Shown: positions 9,880 to 22,379, counted from the stretch's first letter. The stretch: DNA of 64,000 bases from an uncultured Candidatus Rokubacteria bacterium (GCA_963826115.1 CAWGVS010000006.1:896001-960000); one strand, 5' to 3'. Program-made: numbers and translations. The notes: generated by a model from the sequence alone, not told the origin.

Positions 9880-9949
9880 TCCGACCCCGTTTCGACGCGT
9901 CTGCGGCTTCGGCCTGCGCCCTCCGTCAGGGGGGCCGCAGGCGGGCGGC

Positions 9950-10954
9950 CTACTTCGCCATGTAGTCGGTGACCTTGAGCTTGCCGGCCACGATGTCGGC
10001 GCGCGCCTGCTGGAGACGCTTCTCCATCTCCGGCGTGATCAGCTTCCGGTTGTGCTCGTCGATCGAGTAGCCCACGCCGTTCTCGGCCAGGCCGAGGTTC
10101 CGGACGCCGGCCTTCCACGTGCCGTCCTTCGCCGTCTTGAACGTCTCGAAGATCGCGACGTCGACCCGCTTGATCATGGAGGTCAGGATCGTGCCGGGGT
10201 GGAGATGGTTCTGGTTCGAGTCGACCCCGATCGCGAGCTTCCCCTTGTCCTTGGCCGCCTGCAGCACTCCGAGGCCGGTCGCGCCCGCCGCCGCGTAGAC
10301 GACGTCGGCGCCGCGGTCGAACTGGCTCCGCGCCAGCTCGCCGCCCCGCGTCGGATCGTTCCAGGCCGCCGGCGTCGTCCCGGTCATGTTCTGGAAGATC
10401 TCGATCTTCGGGTTGACGTACTTCGCGCCCTCCTCGTAGCCGAGGGCGAAGCGGCGGATGAGCGGGATGTCCATCCCGCCGACGAAGCCGACCTTGCCGG
10501 TCTTCGACGCCATGGCCGCCGCCATCCCGACCAGGAACGAGCCCTCGTGCTCCTTGAAGACGATCGACTGGACGTTCGGCAGGTCCACGACCGCGTCGAT
10601 GATGGCGAACTTCAGGTTCGGGAACTCCTTGGCCACCTTCTCCATGCCGGTCGCCTGCGCGAAGCCGATGCCCACCGTGATCTGGGAGCCGCGCCGCGCC
10701 ATGTTGCGGAGCGCCTGCTCGCGCTGGGCCTCGTTCGTCACCTCGAACTCGCGGTACGCGATCCCGGTTTCCTTCTTGAATCGCTCCGCGCCGTTGAACG
10801 CGGCCTCGTTGAAGGACTTGTCGAACTTCCCGCCCATGTCGAACACGAGGGCGGGGGCGAACTCCTGGGCGGAGGCCACCCCGGCCGGGCCGCCGGCCAG
10901 CGCGACGAGCAGGAGCACGAGGACGGCCACGATGGATCTCCGCGGATGTGTCAT
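9950..10954 (-). CDS. BMP/PnrA family nucleoside ABC substrate-binding protein
   Basis: GGKFDKSFNE, EHEGSFLVG, AAGATGLG, IGVDSNQ, TSMIKRVD; signal peptide. Confidence 0.92.
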   Translation of the reverse strand: MTHPRRSIVAVLVLLLVALAGGPAGVASAQEFAPALVFDMGGKFDKSFNEAAFNGAERFKKETGIAYREFEVTNEAQREQALRNMARRGSQITVGIGFAQATGMEKVAKEFPNLKFAIIDAVVDLPNVQSIVFKEHEGSFLVGMAAAMASKTGKVGFVGGMDIPLIRRFALGYEEGAKYVNPKIEIFQNMTGTTPAAWNDPTRGGELARSQFDRGADVVYAAAGATGLGVLQAAKDKGKLAIGVDSNQNHLHPGTILTSMIKRVDVAIFETFKTAKDGTWKAGVRNLGLAENGVGYSIDEHNRKLITPEMEKRLQQARADIVAGKLKVTDYMAK

Positions 10955-11186
10955 GTCGAGCGCCCCCCGTTCAGTCGCGATGGTGTGGACGACGGCGGGC
11001 GAGCCGAGCGCCCGCGTCGGTTCCGGCGCCCCGATGATACCCATCCGCCCGGGGTTAGCCTAGCCCGTGTCCGGGTCCGCAGCCGCCGGCGTCGACCCTA
11101 TCCGGCCCGGCCCCGGCGCCGTCGTCTGGCGAGGCCGGCGCGATTCGGCTAAGCTCGATGCCGGCCTGGAGGCGGGCGAGCCGACG

Positions 11187-11735
11187 ATGAGCGCCAAGGT
11201 CCGGATCTACCTGGCGGGTCCACTCGGCTTCTCCGAGGCCGGCCGGCACTTCTACAACACGGTCCTCGTGCCCCACGTGCGGGCGCTCGGCTACGAGGTC
11301 CTCGATCCCTGGACGCTCACGGACGCCCGGCGGATCCGGGCCGTCCAGGACCTGCCGTACGGTCCCGCGAAGCGCGAGGCGTGGCGCGCGCTCAACCTCG
11401 AGATGGGGGCGACGAACCGGACGGCCATCGATTCCGCCCGGGCGGTCGTCGCGGTCCTCGACGGCACCGACGTGGACAGCGGGACCGCCGCGGAGATCGG
11501 CTACGCGTTCGCGCGGGGCAAGCTGATCGTCGGCTACCGGGGCGACTTCCGCCTGAGCGCCGACAACGAGGGCAGCACGGTCAACCTGCAGGTCGAGTAC
11601 TTCATCCGCGAGAGCGGTGGTACGATCGTCGATCGCTACGAGGACCTCGGTCGAACGCTGCGCGCGCTGCGGACGCCGAGCCGGCCGCGCCGCGCGGCGT
11701 CTCGCCGCCGCGAGCGTCCCCGAAGCGTGAGATGA
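11187..11735 (+). CDS. nucleoside 2-deoxyribosyltransferase / nucleotide N-glycosidase family protein
   Basis: IYLAGPLGFS, LDGTDVDSGTAAEIGYA (catalytic Glu), NLQV. Confidence 0.85.
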   Translation: MSAKVRIYLAGPLGFSEAGRHFYNTVLVPHVRALGYEVLDPWTLTDARRIRAVQDLPYGPAKREAWRALNLEMGATNRTAIDSARAVVAVLDGTDVDSGTAAEIGYAFARGKLIVGYRGDFRLSADNEGSTVNLQVEYFIRESGGTIVDRYEDLGRTLRALRTPSRPRRAASRRRERPRSVR

Positions 11736-11807
11736 TCGCGTGAGAGGATCGGTGGTGCGCGCTGCGCGCGTCGGGCCCACGTCGATGAGCGTCACGGGAG
11801 GAGTCGC

Positions 11808-12731
11808 ATGAGAGCCAGGATCGCGAGACACCCCATGGCCAGCTGGTTGATCGTCCTCACCCTGATCGCGGCGATGGGATGCGCCGCGCAGGCCCCGGCC
11901 CCGGCGGCCAAGGCTCCGGCTCCCGCGGCCGCGCCGGTTGCCGCCGCACCGGCAGGCCCACCCCAGCACGATCTCCTCGACGCGGTCCTCTGGATGCAGA
12001 AGTCCGTGGAGTACAAGGCGGCGACCATGGCCGCCTACGCGCTGGCCAAGCTCCGCCTCGACCAGGCCCTGGCCGATCCCAGCTGGACGGCCCTCGTGCC
12101 GAAGGAGCAGTCGGGCAACTACCAGTCGCTGCCGCCGGCAGTGATCCTGGACGTCGACGAGACGGTGCTCGACAACTCCGGGTACCAGGCCTGGAACGCG
12201 ATCAAGGACACGACCTTCGACTCGAAGACCTGGACCGCCTACGTGAACTCGGAGACGTCGCTGCCGATTCCCGGCTCCCTCGAGTTCGCCAAGTACGCCG
12301 CCTCGAAGGGGGTGAAGGTCTTCTACGTCTCGAACCGCACCGCCGAGGAGGAGCCGGCGACGCGGAAGAACCTCGAGAAGTACGGGTACCCGCTCGACGG
12401 CGGCATCGACACGGTGCTGACCTCGCGGGAGAAGCCGGACTGGACCTCCGCGAAGAGCACGCGCCGCGCGTACGTCGCCAAGGATTACCGGGTGCTGCTG
12501 AACCTCGGCGACAACTTCGGCGACTTCGTCGACGAGTACCGGGGCACCGAGGCCGAGCGTCTCGCCGTTCTGGAGCGGCACCAGGGCCGCTGGGGCCGCG
12601 AGTGGATCATGCTCCCGAACCCGACGTATGGGTCCTTCGAGTCCGCGCCGTACAAGCATGACTTCAAGCTGTCCGAGGCGGACAAGCGCAAGGCGAAGCG
12701 GGACGCGCTCCAGCCCTGGCCCGGTCCCTGA
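11808..12731 (+). CDS. class C acid phosphatase / 5'-nucleotidase lipoprotein e(P4) family
   Basis: Lipobox-like MGC, Ala/Pro linker, ILDVDETVLDNS, VSNR, GDNFGDF, LPNPTYG. Confidence 0.9.
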   Translation: MRARIARHPMASWLIVLTLIAAMGCAAQAPAPAAKAPAPAAAPVAAAPAGPPQHDLLDAVLWMQKSVEYKAATMAAYALAKLRLDQALADPSWTALVPKEQSGNYQSLPPAVILDVDETVLDNSGYQAWNAIKDTTFDSKTWTAYVNSETSLPIPGSLEFAKYAASKGVKVFYVSNRTAEEEPATRKNLEKYGYPLDGGIDTVLTSREKPDWTSAKSTRRAYVAKDYRVLLNLGDNFGDFVDEYRGTEAERLAVLERHQGRWGREWIMLPNPTYGSFESAPYKHDFKLSEADKRKAKRDALQPWPGP

Positions 12732-12765
12732 GGGGCCCGGCGTCCCACGGGATGGCGTCCTCCCG

Positions 12766-13239
12766 GTGAGGAGCGAGCGCGCGCGGGTGGCCCTGGTCGG
12801 CGGGGCCGGGACCTTCCTCGCGCTGCGCGCGCTCCGCCTCCCGTCCTGGGCGGTGGCGGCCGCTCTTCCGGAGGTCGTCGTCTACAAGAGCGCCACCTGC
12901 GGGTGCTGCGCGGAGTGGGTGTCGCACCTCCGGCGTCACGGGTCCCCCGTGAAGAGCACGGACGTCTCCGACCTCCAGGCGGTCAAGGCGCGACACGGCG
13001 TCCCCGCGGATCTCCAGTCGTGCCACACCGCGCTGGTCGCGGGCTACGTCGTGGAGGGGCACGTCCCGGCCGACCTGGTCGGGCGTCTGCTCCGCGAGAA
13101 GCCGCGCGTCCTCGGTCTCGCCGTCCCGGGGATGCCGGCCGGATCGCCCGGGATGGAGACGGCGGACGGGCGCGTCGACCGCTACCAGGTCCTCACGTTC
13201 GATCGGAGCGGGAAGACGGCGGTCTTCGCGACGCGGTGA
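12766..13239 (+). CDS. DUF411 (CopG-like) metal-binding protein; start uncertain
   Basis: [32 protein letters not shown]. Confidence 0.85.
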   Translation: MRSERARVALVGGAGTFLALRALRLPSWAVAAALPEVVVYKSATCGCCAEWVSHLRRHGSPVKSTDVSDLQAVKARHGVPADLQSCHTALVAGYVVEGHVPADLVGRLLREKPRVLGLAVPGMPAGSPGMETADGRVDRYQVLTFDRSGKTAVFATR

Positions 13240-13268
13240 CACCCTCGGGCCCTCCCGGCGGACCGCCG

Positions 13269-15764
<2,496 letters not shown>

Positions 15765-15776
15765 AGGGGAGCTGGC

Positions 15777-16280
15777 CTAGACGGACGACGGAACGCCGAG
15801 CGCCGCCGCGACGTCGCGGATCGCGCGGGTCTCCGCCTCGCTCACGCGGACCCCGCCGATCCCGAGGATGCCACCCTCTTTCGCCGCCTCGGCGGTCCGG
15901 TGGGCGATCGACAGGAGCCACCGCTTGACCTCGTCGGCCTCGTCGCGGGGCGCCTTCCGGTCGACGAGCGCAGCGAACGCCCGGCAGGCATCGAGCGCCT
16001 GTGCCCGGAGCTGTTCGACCGCGACCCCCCGGAGGTCGCCGGCGTCCACCGACGCACGCCCGTCCGGCGAGGCGAGGTCGACGACGAGCGCCCGCAGGAG
16101 CGCGCCGTGACCCTCGGGGCGCGCCTTCGTCTCGGCCACGACCTTGCCCACGGCGAACATCTCGCGCAGCACCCCGAGGGGGCCGCTGGGGCTGGCGGCC
16201 ACCACCGCCAGCCCCGCCATCAGAGGGGCCTTGAGGACGATCTTCCACTCGTCGGCCGAGTAGTCGGTCTTGCTCGACAC
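15777..16280 (-). CDS. hypothetical protein (helical)
   Basis: Coherent 167 aa ORF in operon, AEAAKEGGILGIGGVRVSEAE C-terminal motif. Confidence 0.65.
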   Translation of the reverse strand: MSSKTDYSADEWKIVLKAPLMAGLAVVAASPSGPLGVLREMFAVGKVVAETKARPEGHGALLRALVVDLASPDGRASVDAGDLRGVAVEQLRAQALDACRAFAALVDRKAPRDEADEVKRWLLSIAHRTAEAAKEGGILGIGGVRVSEAETRAIRDVAAALGVPSSV

Positions 16281-16307
16281 GGCGAGTCCCTCGTTACCGG
16301 CGATGCC

Positions 16308-16898
16308 TCAGGACTTGGCGGCCGGCGGCACCGGCATGCCGAGCGCCTGGAGCGCCTCGACGGTCTTCGCCTTGACCGTGTTCGCCTTGGCGACGGCGTC
16401 CGCGACATTGCCGCCGGTGTACGCGGCCATCGCGTCGGCCCAACCCTGGGTCGCCGCGGCCACGTCGGTCTTCGCGGTCTCGAACTGCTCCTTCGTCACG
16501 TTCGCGGGGAGCTTCTTGCTCTTGGAGAGGATGTCGACGCGGGACTTGACGGCCTCGATCATCTTGGGCAGGCCGGCGCTCATCTCCTCCCAGCTCTTGG
16601 TCAGTTCCGCCTTCTTCGCGGCGGCCGCCGCGGCGACGCTCTTCGCCTGGGTCGCGAGCGCCGGCGCCTCGGCCAGGACGGCCTTGTAGTCGCCCTTCGC
16701 GAACTTGTCCTTCACGGCGGCCAGGGAGGTGTCCAGCGCCCGCATCTGGTCCGGGATCCACTTCGCGGCCTCCGCCTTGACCTCGGCGATCGCGGCCTCG
16801 GCCCCCTTGATCGCCTGCTCCGCCGGCGCCTTGTCGCTGGCGCAGGCCGACAGGAGCGCCAGGGCCGTCGCGCAGATGACACCTCTCACGCCTCGCAT
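16308..16898 (-). CDS. Ala/Lys-rich helical lipoprotein
   Basis: LLSAC lipobox, AGGAG RBS, coiled-coil-like composition. Confidence 0.75.
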   Translation of the reverse strand: MRGVRGVICATALALLSACASDKAPAEQAIKGAEAAIAEVKAEAAKWIPDQMRALDTSLAAVKDKFAKGDYKAVLAEAPALATQAKSVAAAAAAKKAELTKSWEEMSAGLPKMIEAVKSRVDILSKSKKLPANVTKEQFETAKTDVAAATQGWADAMAAYTGGNVADAVAKANTVKAKTVEALQALGMPVPPAAKS

Positions 16899-16941
16899 CG
16901 TCGTCTCCTCGCGTCGGGTGATGTGCTTCGGCCAGCCGGGC

Positions 16942-17151
16942 TCAGGGGATGCGGAGTCGCTGGCCGATCTTGATCTTGTCCGGATCCTTCAGCACGTCGC
17001 GGTTGGCCTCGAAGATCTTCGGGTAGAGGCTCCCGTCGCCGTAGTAGCGCTCGGCGATCTTCCACAGGGACTCGCCCTTCGCCACCTCGTGCCACTGCTC
17101 GGCGCTCCACGCGTCCCCGCCGCCCTGCACCGCCTCCATCCTGTCGCTCAC
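16942..17151 (-). CDS. stand-alone LysM domain protein (Kbp/YgaU C-terminal-like)
   Basis: VAKGESLWKIAERYYGDGSLYPKIFEANR...PDKIKIGQRLRIP; AAGGAGG upstream. Confidence 0.88.
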   Translation of the reverse strand: MSDRMEAVQGGGDAWSAEQWHEVAKGESLWKIAERYYGDGSLYPKIFEANRDVLKDPDKIKIGQRLRIP

Positions 17152-17293
17152 GCTTCGCCCTCCTTTTCCTCACGCCGTTGTGCTCGCCGCGTCTCGACCT
17201 CGCCCATCCAGGCCGCGGGACGACCAGCGGCCTCGGGGCGGCCGACCGCGCGCCACTGATCTCAGACTCCGACACCGGCATGGGCCTGCGCAA

Positions 17294-17309
17294 TACGACC
17301 TTGGTCGTA
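17294..17309. promoter_or_regulatory. perfect 7-2-7 palindrome TACGACC-TT-GGTCGTA, candidate regulator site
   Basis: Seen directly in the divergent intergenic region. Confidence 0.5.
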
Positions 17310-17433
17310 CAGAGTCTTCCGGGCCCGATGGTGGCCGGGGGGACGGGTCCCATGGCGTGGGCGCCGTGCTACGATACGCCCCGCCTCGACCGGGGCGGTC
17401 CATGCCCGCGAGGACGTCGAAGGAGGCCCCACG

Positions 17434-19032
17434 ATGAGCGCACGGTTCCCCGTCCCCGCCCTCGTCCGGTTCACCGTCGCGGCCCTGGTCGCGGGGCTGG
17501 CGGCCCTGGGGCTGGCCGCCGACGCCGGCGCTCAGGCCCTGGTCGTCGGCGCCAACTTCGTCGTCAAGAGCCTCGATCCCGCGCGCACCGTCGAGACGAC
17601 CAGCAACATGGTCAATCACTCCGTCTACGACTCGCTGGTCACCTTCGACGGCGAGGACCTCACGACCCCCAAGCCGTCGCTGGCCACGGACTGGACGGTC
17701 TCGCCGGACGGCCGGACGTACACGTTCCGGCTCCGGCGCAACGTGCGCTTCGCCAGCGGGAACCCACTGACCTCGGCGGACGTGAAGTGGTCGCTCGACC
17801 GGGTGCGGTACATCAAGAGCAACCCCGCCTTCTTCCTGAACTCGGTCGAGGACATCCAGGCCCCGGACCCCTACACCGTGGTCCTCAGGCTGAAGGCGCC
17901 GAACCCGGCGCTCCTGCCCATCCTGTCGAGCTCGAGCCTGGGCGCGGTGGACAGCAAGCTCGTCGCCCAGAAGGGCGGGGACGCCAGCCCGGACGCGAAG
18001 GACAAGGACAAGGCGGAGGCGTTCCTGATCGCGCAGTCCGCCGGTACCGGCGCCTACCTCATGGAGCGCTACGTTCCGGACCAGGAGATCGTCCTCGTCC
18101 GGAACCCGAGCCACTGGCGCGGGCCCGCGAAGGTCGAGCGCATCGTGATCCGCAACATCACCGAGCCGGCCGCCCAGAAGCTCCAGCTCGAGCGGGGCGA
18201 CCTCGACATCGCCACCGGGCTCGATCAGGACCAGATGCGCGCCATCCGGACCGCGAGCGGCGTCACCGCCAAGGCGAGCCCGGCCGCCACCACCTTCTAC
18301 GTCCTCATGAACGCCGACCCCCAGATCGGGGGCCCGTTCGCGAACCCGAAGGTGCAGCAGGCCGTGCGCTACGCGCTCGACTACGACGGCATCCTGGCGC
18401 TGGCCGGGCCGGGGGCCGTCCGGATGGCGGGCGTCATCCCGACGGTGTTCTCCGGCGCCATGGATCCGCAGCAGGGCGCGCGGATCGACCGCGACCGGGC
18501 CCGCGCGCTCCTGAAGGAGGCGAACCTGGGCGAGGTGAAGGGCGCGCTGAGCTACGCGAGCGACTCGACGATCTTCGGCGTCCAGATGAACCTGCTCGCC
18601 CAGAAGATCCAGGCCGACCTCGCCGCGGTGGGCATCACGCTCAGCCTGAACGGCCTGCCGCGCGCGACGGCGCTCCAGCTCTACCGGGACGGCAAGAACC
18701 AGATCAGCGCCTGGAGCTGGGCCGCGGACTATCCGGACGGCCAGAACTTCCTCGTCTACGCGCCGGGCCGGACCGTCGGGAAGCGGGCGGGCTGGCTCCC
18801 CGAGGCGAGCCCGGAGGCGCGGGAGCTCGCCCAGATCGCCGCCGACGCCGAGACCGAGCGGGATCCGTCGAAGAGCGCCGGCCTCTACCGGAAGCTCGAC
18901 GAGCGCATCGCGCAGGTCGGGCCGTACGCGCCGCTCTTCCAGCCCGCGGTGCCCTACGCCTTCCGCTCCAACGTGCAGGGCGTGACCTACAGCAGCGTGT
19001 GGGGCGTGGATTTCTGGACGGTGAGCAAGTAG
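17434..19032 (+). CDS. peptide/nickel-type (family 5) ABC substrate-binding protein
   Basis: SLDP, LATDWTVSPDGRTYTFRLR, GTGAY, WAADYPD. Confidence 0.9.
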   Translation: MSARFPVPALVRFTVAALVAGLAALGLAADAGAQALVVGANFVVKSLDPARTVETTSNMVNHSVYDSLVTFDGEDLTTPKPSLATDWTVSPDGRTYTFRLRRNVRFASGNPLTSADVKWSLDRVRYIKSNPAFFLNSVEDIQAPDPYTVVLRLKAPNPALLPILSSSSLGAVDSKLVAQKGGDASPDAKDKDKAEAFLIAQSAGTGAYLMERYVPDQEIVLVRNPSHWRGPAKVERIVIRNITEPAAQKLQLERGDLDIATGLDQDQMRAIRTASGVTAKASPAATTFYVLMNADPQIGGPFANPKVQQAVRYALDYDGILALAGPGAVRMAGVIPTVFSGAMDPQQGARIDRDRARALLKEANLGEVKGALSYASDSTIFGVQMNLLAQKIQADLAAVGITLSLNGLPRATALQLYRDGKNQISAWSWAADYPDGQNFLVYAPGRTVGKRAGWLPEASPEARELAQIAADAETERDPSKSAGLYRKLDERIAQVGPYAPLFQPAVPYAFRSNVQGVTYSSVWGVDFWTVSK

Positions 19033-19044
19033 CAGGGTCGCGAC

Positions 19045-20070
19045 CTGACGAGCCTCCGGCTGTTCGTCGCCCGCCGGCTTCTCTTGCTGGCGCCGATGCT
19101 CGTCGGCATCACGCTCCTGACATTCCTGCTCTCGCACGCCGTTCCCGCCGACCCGGTCACCGCGAGCCTCGGCGAGCAGGCGGCGGCGGACCCCGCCGTC
19201 GTGGCGGCGTTCCGCCGGGAGTGGGGGCTCGACCGGTCCCTGCCCGAGCAGTACGGGATCTACCTCTGGAACCTGGTCCGCGGTAACTTCGGCGTCTCGA
19301 TCTCCACCCGTCAGCCGGTCTGGCTCGACCTCCGTCAGACCTTCCCGGCCACGGTCGAGCTGGCGGTGGTCGCCATGAGCCTGAGCATCCTTGTCGGGAT
19401 CCCGCTCGGGATTCTCTCCGCGGTGAAGCGCGACCGCCTCGTCGACCAGGTGGCGCGCGTGGTCTCGCTGGTGGGCGTCTCGATGCCGATCTTCTGGCTG
19501 GGACTCGTGGCCTTGGTGGTCTTCTACGCGCGGCTCGGCTGGGCACCGCCGCCGGGACGGCTCTCGGCGACGCTCGCGGCGCCGCCCATGGTCACGGGCT
19601 TTCTCCTGGTGGACTCGCTCCTGGCCGGCCGGCCCGCCGTCGCGCTCGACGCCGTCCGCCACCTGATCCTGCCGGCCGCCGTGCTCTCGACCTACAACCT
19701 CGGCATTCTGACCCGCATGATGCGGGGGAGCCTGCTCGACGTCCTCGGCGAGGACTACGTCCGGACAGCCCGGGCCAAGGGCCTCGCGGAAGGGGCCGTG
19801 ACTCTCCGCCACGCGGCGCGGAACGCGCTCATCCCCGTGGTGACGGTCATCGGGCTGAGCTTCGGCCGGCTCCTGTCGGGCGCCGTCATCATCGAGAGCG
19901 TTTTCGCCTGGCCGGGGCTTGGCCTGTACGCCTTCCGGACCGCGACCTCGCTCGACTTCCCGGCCATCATGGGCGTCGGGATCGTCGTGGCCACGATCTA
20001 CGTGGTCGCCAACCTCCTGGTCGACGTCGCCTACGCGCTGATCGACCCCAGGATCCAGGTCGGGTCGTGA
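19045..20070 (+). CDS. peptide ABC permease (DppB-like); start CTG 19045 or TTG 19084
   Basis: GLDRSLPEQY, FPATVEL, EDYVRTARAKGL EAA loop. Confidence 0.88.
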   Translation: MTSLRLFVARRLLLLAPMLVGITLLTFLLSHAVPADPVTASLGEQAAADPAVVAAFRREWGLDRSLPEQYGIYLWNLVRGNFGVSISTRQPVWLDLRQTFPATVELAVVAMSLSILVGIPLGILSAVKRDRLVDQVARVVSLVGVSMPIFWLGLVALVVFYARLGWAPPPGRLSATLAAPPMVTGFLLVDSLLAGRPAVALDAVRHLILPAAVLSTYNLGILTRMMRGSLLDVLGEDYVRTARAKGLAEGAVTLRHAARNALIPVVTVIGLSFGRLLSGAVIIESVFAWPGLGLYAFRTATSLDFPAIMGVGIVVATIYVVANLLVDVAYALIDPRIQVGS

Positions 20071-20876
20071 GGCTCTCCCCGCTCGCCGCCGCGGCCTTCG
20101 CGGTGGTCTTCCTGTGGCTAGCGCTGGCCGCGGCGGCGCCGCTGCTCGCGCCGTACGAGCCGCTCGGGCAGGACATCGCGGGCCGGCTCGCCCCGCCGAG
20201 CGCGCGCCACTGGCTCGGGACGGACGCGCTCGGCCGCGACATCCTGAGCCGCGTCCTTCACGGCGCGCGCATCTCCGTCCCCGTCGGGCTCGCCGCCGTG
20301 TCGCTGGCCGCCGTGCTCGGGGCGCTGATCGGCGGCGTGGCCGGCTTCGTGGGCCGCTGGCTCGACGACGTCACGATGCGGGTGACCGACCTCATGTTGG
20401 CGTTCCCGACCGTCATCCTCGCGCTGGTCATCACCGCCGCGCTCGGGGTCGGCATCCGGAACGCCGTCATTGCCATCATGGTCGCCTGGTGGCCCACCTA
20501 CGCGCGGCTGGTTCGCGGGCTCGTGCTGGCCGTGCGCGAGCGCGAGTACGTCCAGGTGGCGTACGCGCTGGGCGCGTCGGACGGGCGCGTGGCCTGGCGG
20601 TACGTCGCGCCCAACGTGGTGTCGTCGATCATCGTCCTCGCCACCCTCGACGTGGGCCACGCGATCCTCACGTTCGCGTCGCTCTCGTTCCTCGGGCTGG
20701 GCCCGCCGCCCGAGGTGCCGGAATGGGGGTCGATGATCGCCGCCGGCCGGAACTACCTCGACCAGTGGTGGATCGCGACCTTCCCGGGGCTCGCCATTCT
20801 GAGCCTGACGATCGCGTTCAACGTCGTCGGCGACAGCCTCCGGGACTTCCTGGATCCTCGCCTCCGCAAGCTGTGA
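20067..20876 (+). CDS. peptide ABC permease (DppC-like)
   Basis: HWLGTDALGRDILSR, LSFLGLG, PEWGSM, GDSLRDFLDP. Confidence 0.9.
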   Translation: MRLSPLAAAAFAVVFLWLALAAAAPLLAPYEPLGQDIAGRLAPPSARHWLGTDALGRDILSRVLHGARISVPVGLAAVSLAAVLGALIGGVAGFVGRWLDDVTMRVTDLMLAFPTVILALVITAALGVGIRNAVIAIMVAWWPTYARLVRGLVLAVREREYVQVAYALGASDGRVAWRYVAPNVVSSIIVLATLDVGHAILTFASLSFLGLGPPPEVPEWGSMIAAGRNYLDQWWIATFPGLAILSLTIAFNVVGDSLRDFLDPRLRKL

Positions 20877-21104
20877 CGGCGGCACGGATCGGACGACCCG
20901 GCCGGCCATGCTGCGGTCGTCTCGGGGGCGTCGCCGCCCATGCGTGCCGGGCGGTAGCCGGGCGCCTCGTGCACGGCACGACCGGCTTCGAGTCGCTGCG
21001 GTCCACTGTCGGAGCGGCATGAGCGACCGGAGACGGCTCCCGCGCGGCACGTGCGGAACCGAACGCGCTGCCGGGCTCGATGTCCGCGATCGCGGGGATC
21101 GTCG

Positions 21105-22310
21105 GTGATCCCTCGCCTGACCGTGCTTTGCATGGGCGTGTCCCAGCTCGTGTGCTGGGGCGTCACCTACCATCTGATCGGCGTGTTCGGCGAGCCGATC
21201 GCCGCCGATCTCGGCTGGAGCCGTCCGCTTGCGTATGGCGGCCTGACGACCGCGCTCGTCGTGACGGGCGTGTTTTCGCCCCTGGCCGGCCCCATGATCG
21301 ACCGCCACGGCGGACGGCCCGCGATGGTGGCGGGATCCATTCTCGGCGCGATCGGATGTGTCGGAATCGCGATGGCCCACGATGTCTGGGTCTACTACGC
21401 CGCCTGGGTGTGCCTTGGCCTCGCGATGCGCCTCACCCTCTACGAGGCGGCGTTTGCGGCGCTCGCCCGGATCGGTGGCGCGGAGGCCCGGCGGCCGATC
21501 TCGCAGATCACGCTCCTGGGGGGTCTCGCCTCGACCGTGTTCTGGCCGATCGGGCATGCGCTCGGCGAGCGTCTTGGCTGGCGGGGCGCCGTGTTCACGT
21601 ACGCGGCCCTCGCTCTCCTCACCATCCCGCTCCACCTCACGATTCCGAGCGTCCGCTACGGAGAAGCGCGCGGGGAGCCATCCGGCCCCAAGCACGTTCC
21701 GCTCGCCCGGACCGAGCGGGAGCGGTTCGTCGCCGGAAGCCTCTATGCGCTGATCGCCACCCTGGCCGGCTTCCTCAATTCCGGCATCTCGCCGCACCTC
21801 ATCGGCCTGCTGATCGGGTTCGGGCTGGCGGGCTCTCTTTCGGTCTGGATCTCGTCGCTCCGAGGCGTCGGCCAGTCCTCGGCGAGGATCTGCGAGATCC
21901 TGTTCGGAAGCCGGGTCCATCCGCTCACGCTCAACCTGATCGGCGTGCTCGTCCTGCCGGTCTGCTTCGCCGTCGGTCTTCTGAGCGGGCGTTTCGTCGT
22001 CGCGGCGGTCGTCCTGGCCTTCCTGTCCGGCGCGGGCAACGGGATCGTCGCGATCACTCGCGGCACCCTGCCGCTCGTCCTGTTCGATCCCCGCACCTAT
22101 GGCGCGGTCACCGGCCGTCTGCTCGTGCCGAGCCTGCTCCTGGCCGCCGCGGCGCCCCTGACGTATGCCTTCGTCATCGAGCGATTCGGCGAGAGCGGCG
22201 CCCTCTACCTGTCGGTCGCGCTCGCCACCGCCGCTCTCGTCGCGGCAATCGCCCTCAAGGCGATGTTCCCCGTCACGGCGATGCCGGAGAGGGCGACCGC
22301 GAGGCGCTGA
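21105..22310 (+). CDS. MFS transporter
   Basis: About 12 hydrophobic segments, IDRHGGR loop, LYEAAFAAL, GGLASTVFWP. Confidence 0.85.
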   Translation: MIPRLTVLCMGVSQLVCWGVTYHLIGVFGEPIAADLGWSRPLAYGGLTTALVVTGVFSPLAGPMIDRHGGRPAMVAGSILGAIGCVGIAMAHDVWVYYAAWVCLGLAMRLTLYEAAFAALARIGGAEARRPISQITLLGGLASTVFWPIGHALGERLGWRGAVFTYAALALLTIPLHLTIPSVRYGEARGEPSGPKHVPLARTERERFVAGSLYALIATLAGFLNSGISPHLIGLLIGFGLAGSLSVWISSLRGVGQSSARICEILFGSRVHPLTLNLIGVLVLPVCFAVGLLSGRFVVAAVVLAFLSGAGNGIVAITRGTLPLVLFDPRTYGAVTGRLLVPSLLLAAAAPLTYAFVIERFGESGALYLSVALATAALVAAIALKAMFPVTAMPERATARR

Positions 22311-22379
22311 CCGGGCGAGGCACGTCGGTCGGGCGGGGGAGGAACACCTTGTTCGTCAGGCAGGGTGATCGCTTCCAGG

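Noticed and set aside
21105-22310. Specific assignment as arsenite efflux ArsK
   Set aside because: Only general MFS similarity is visible and no ars genes or ArsR are nearby.
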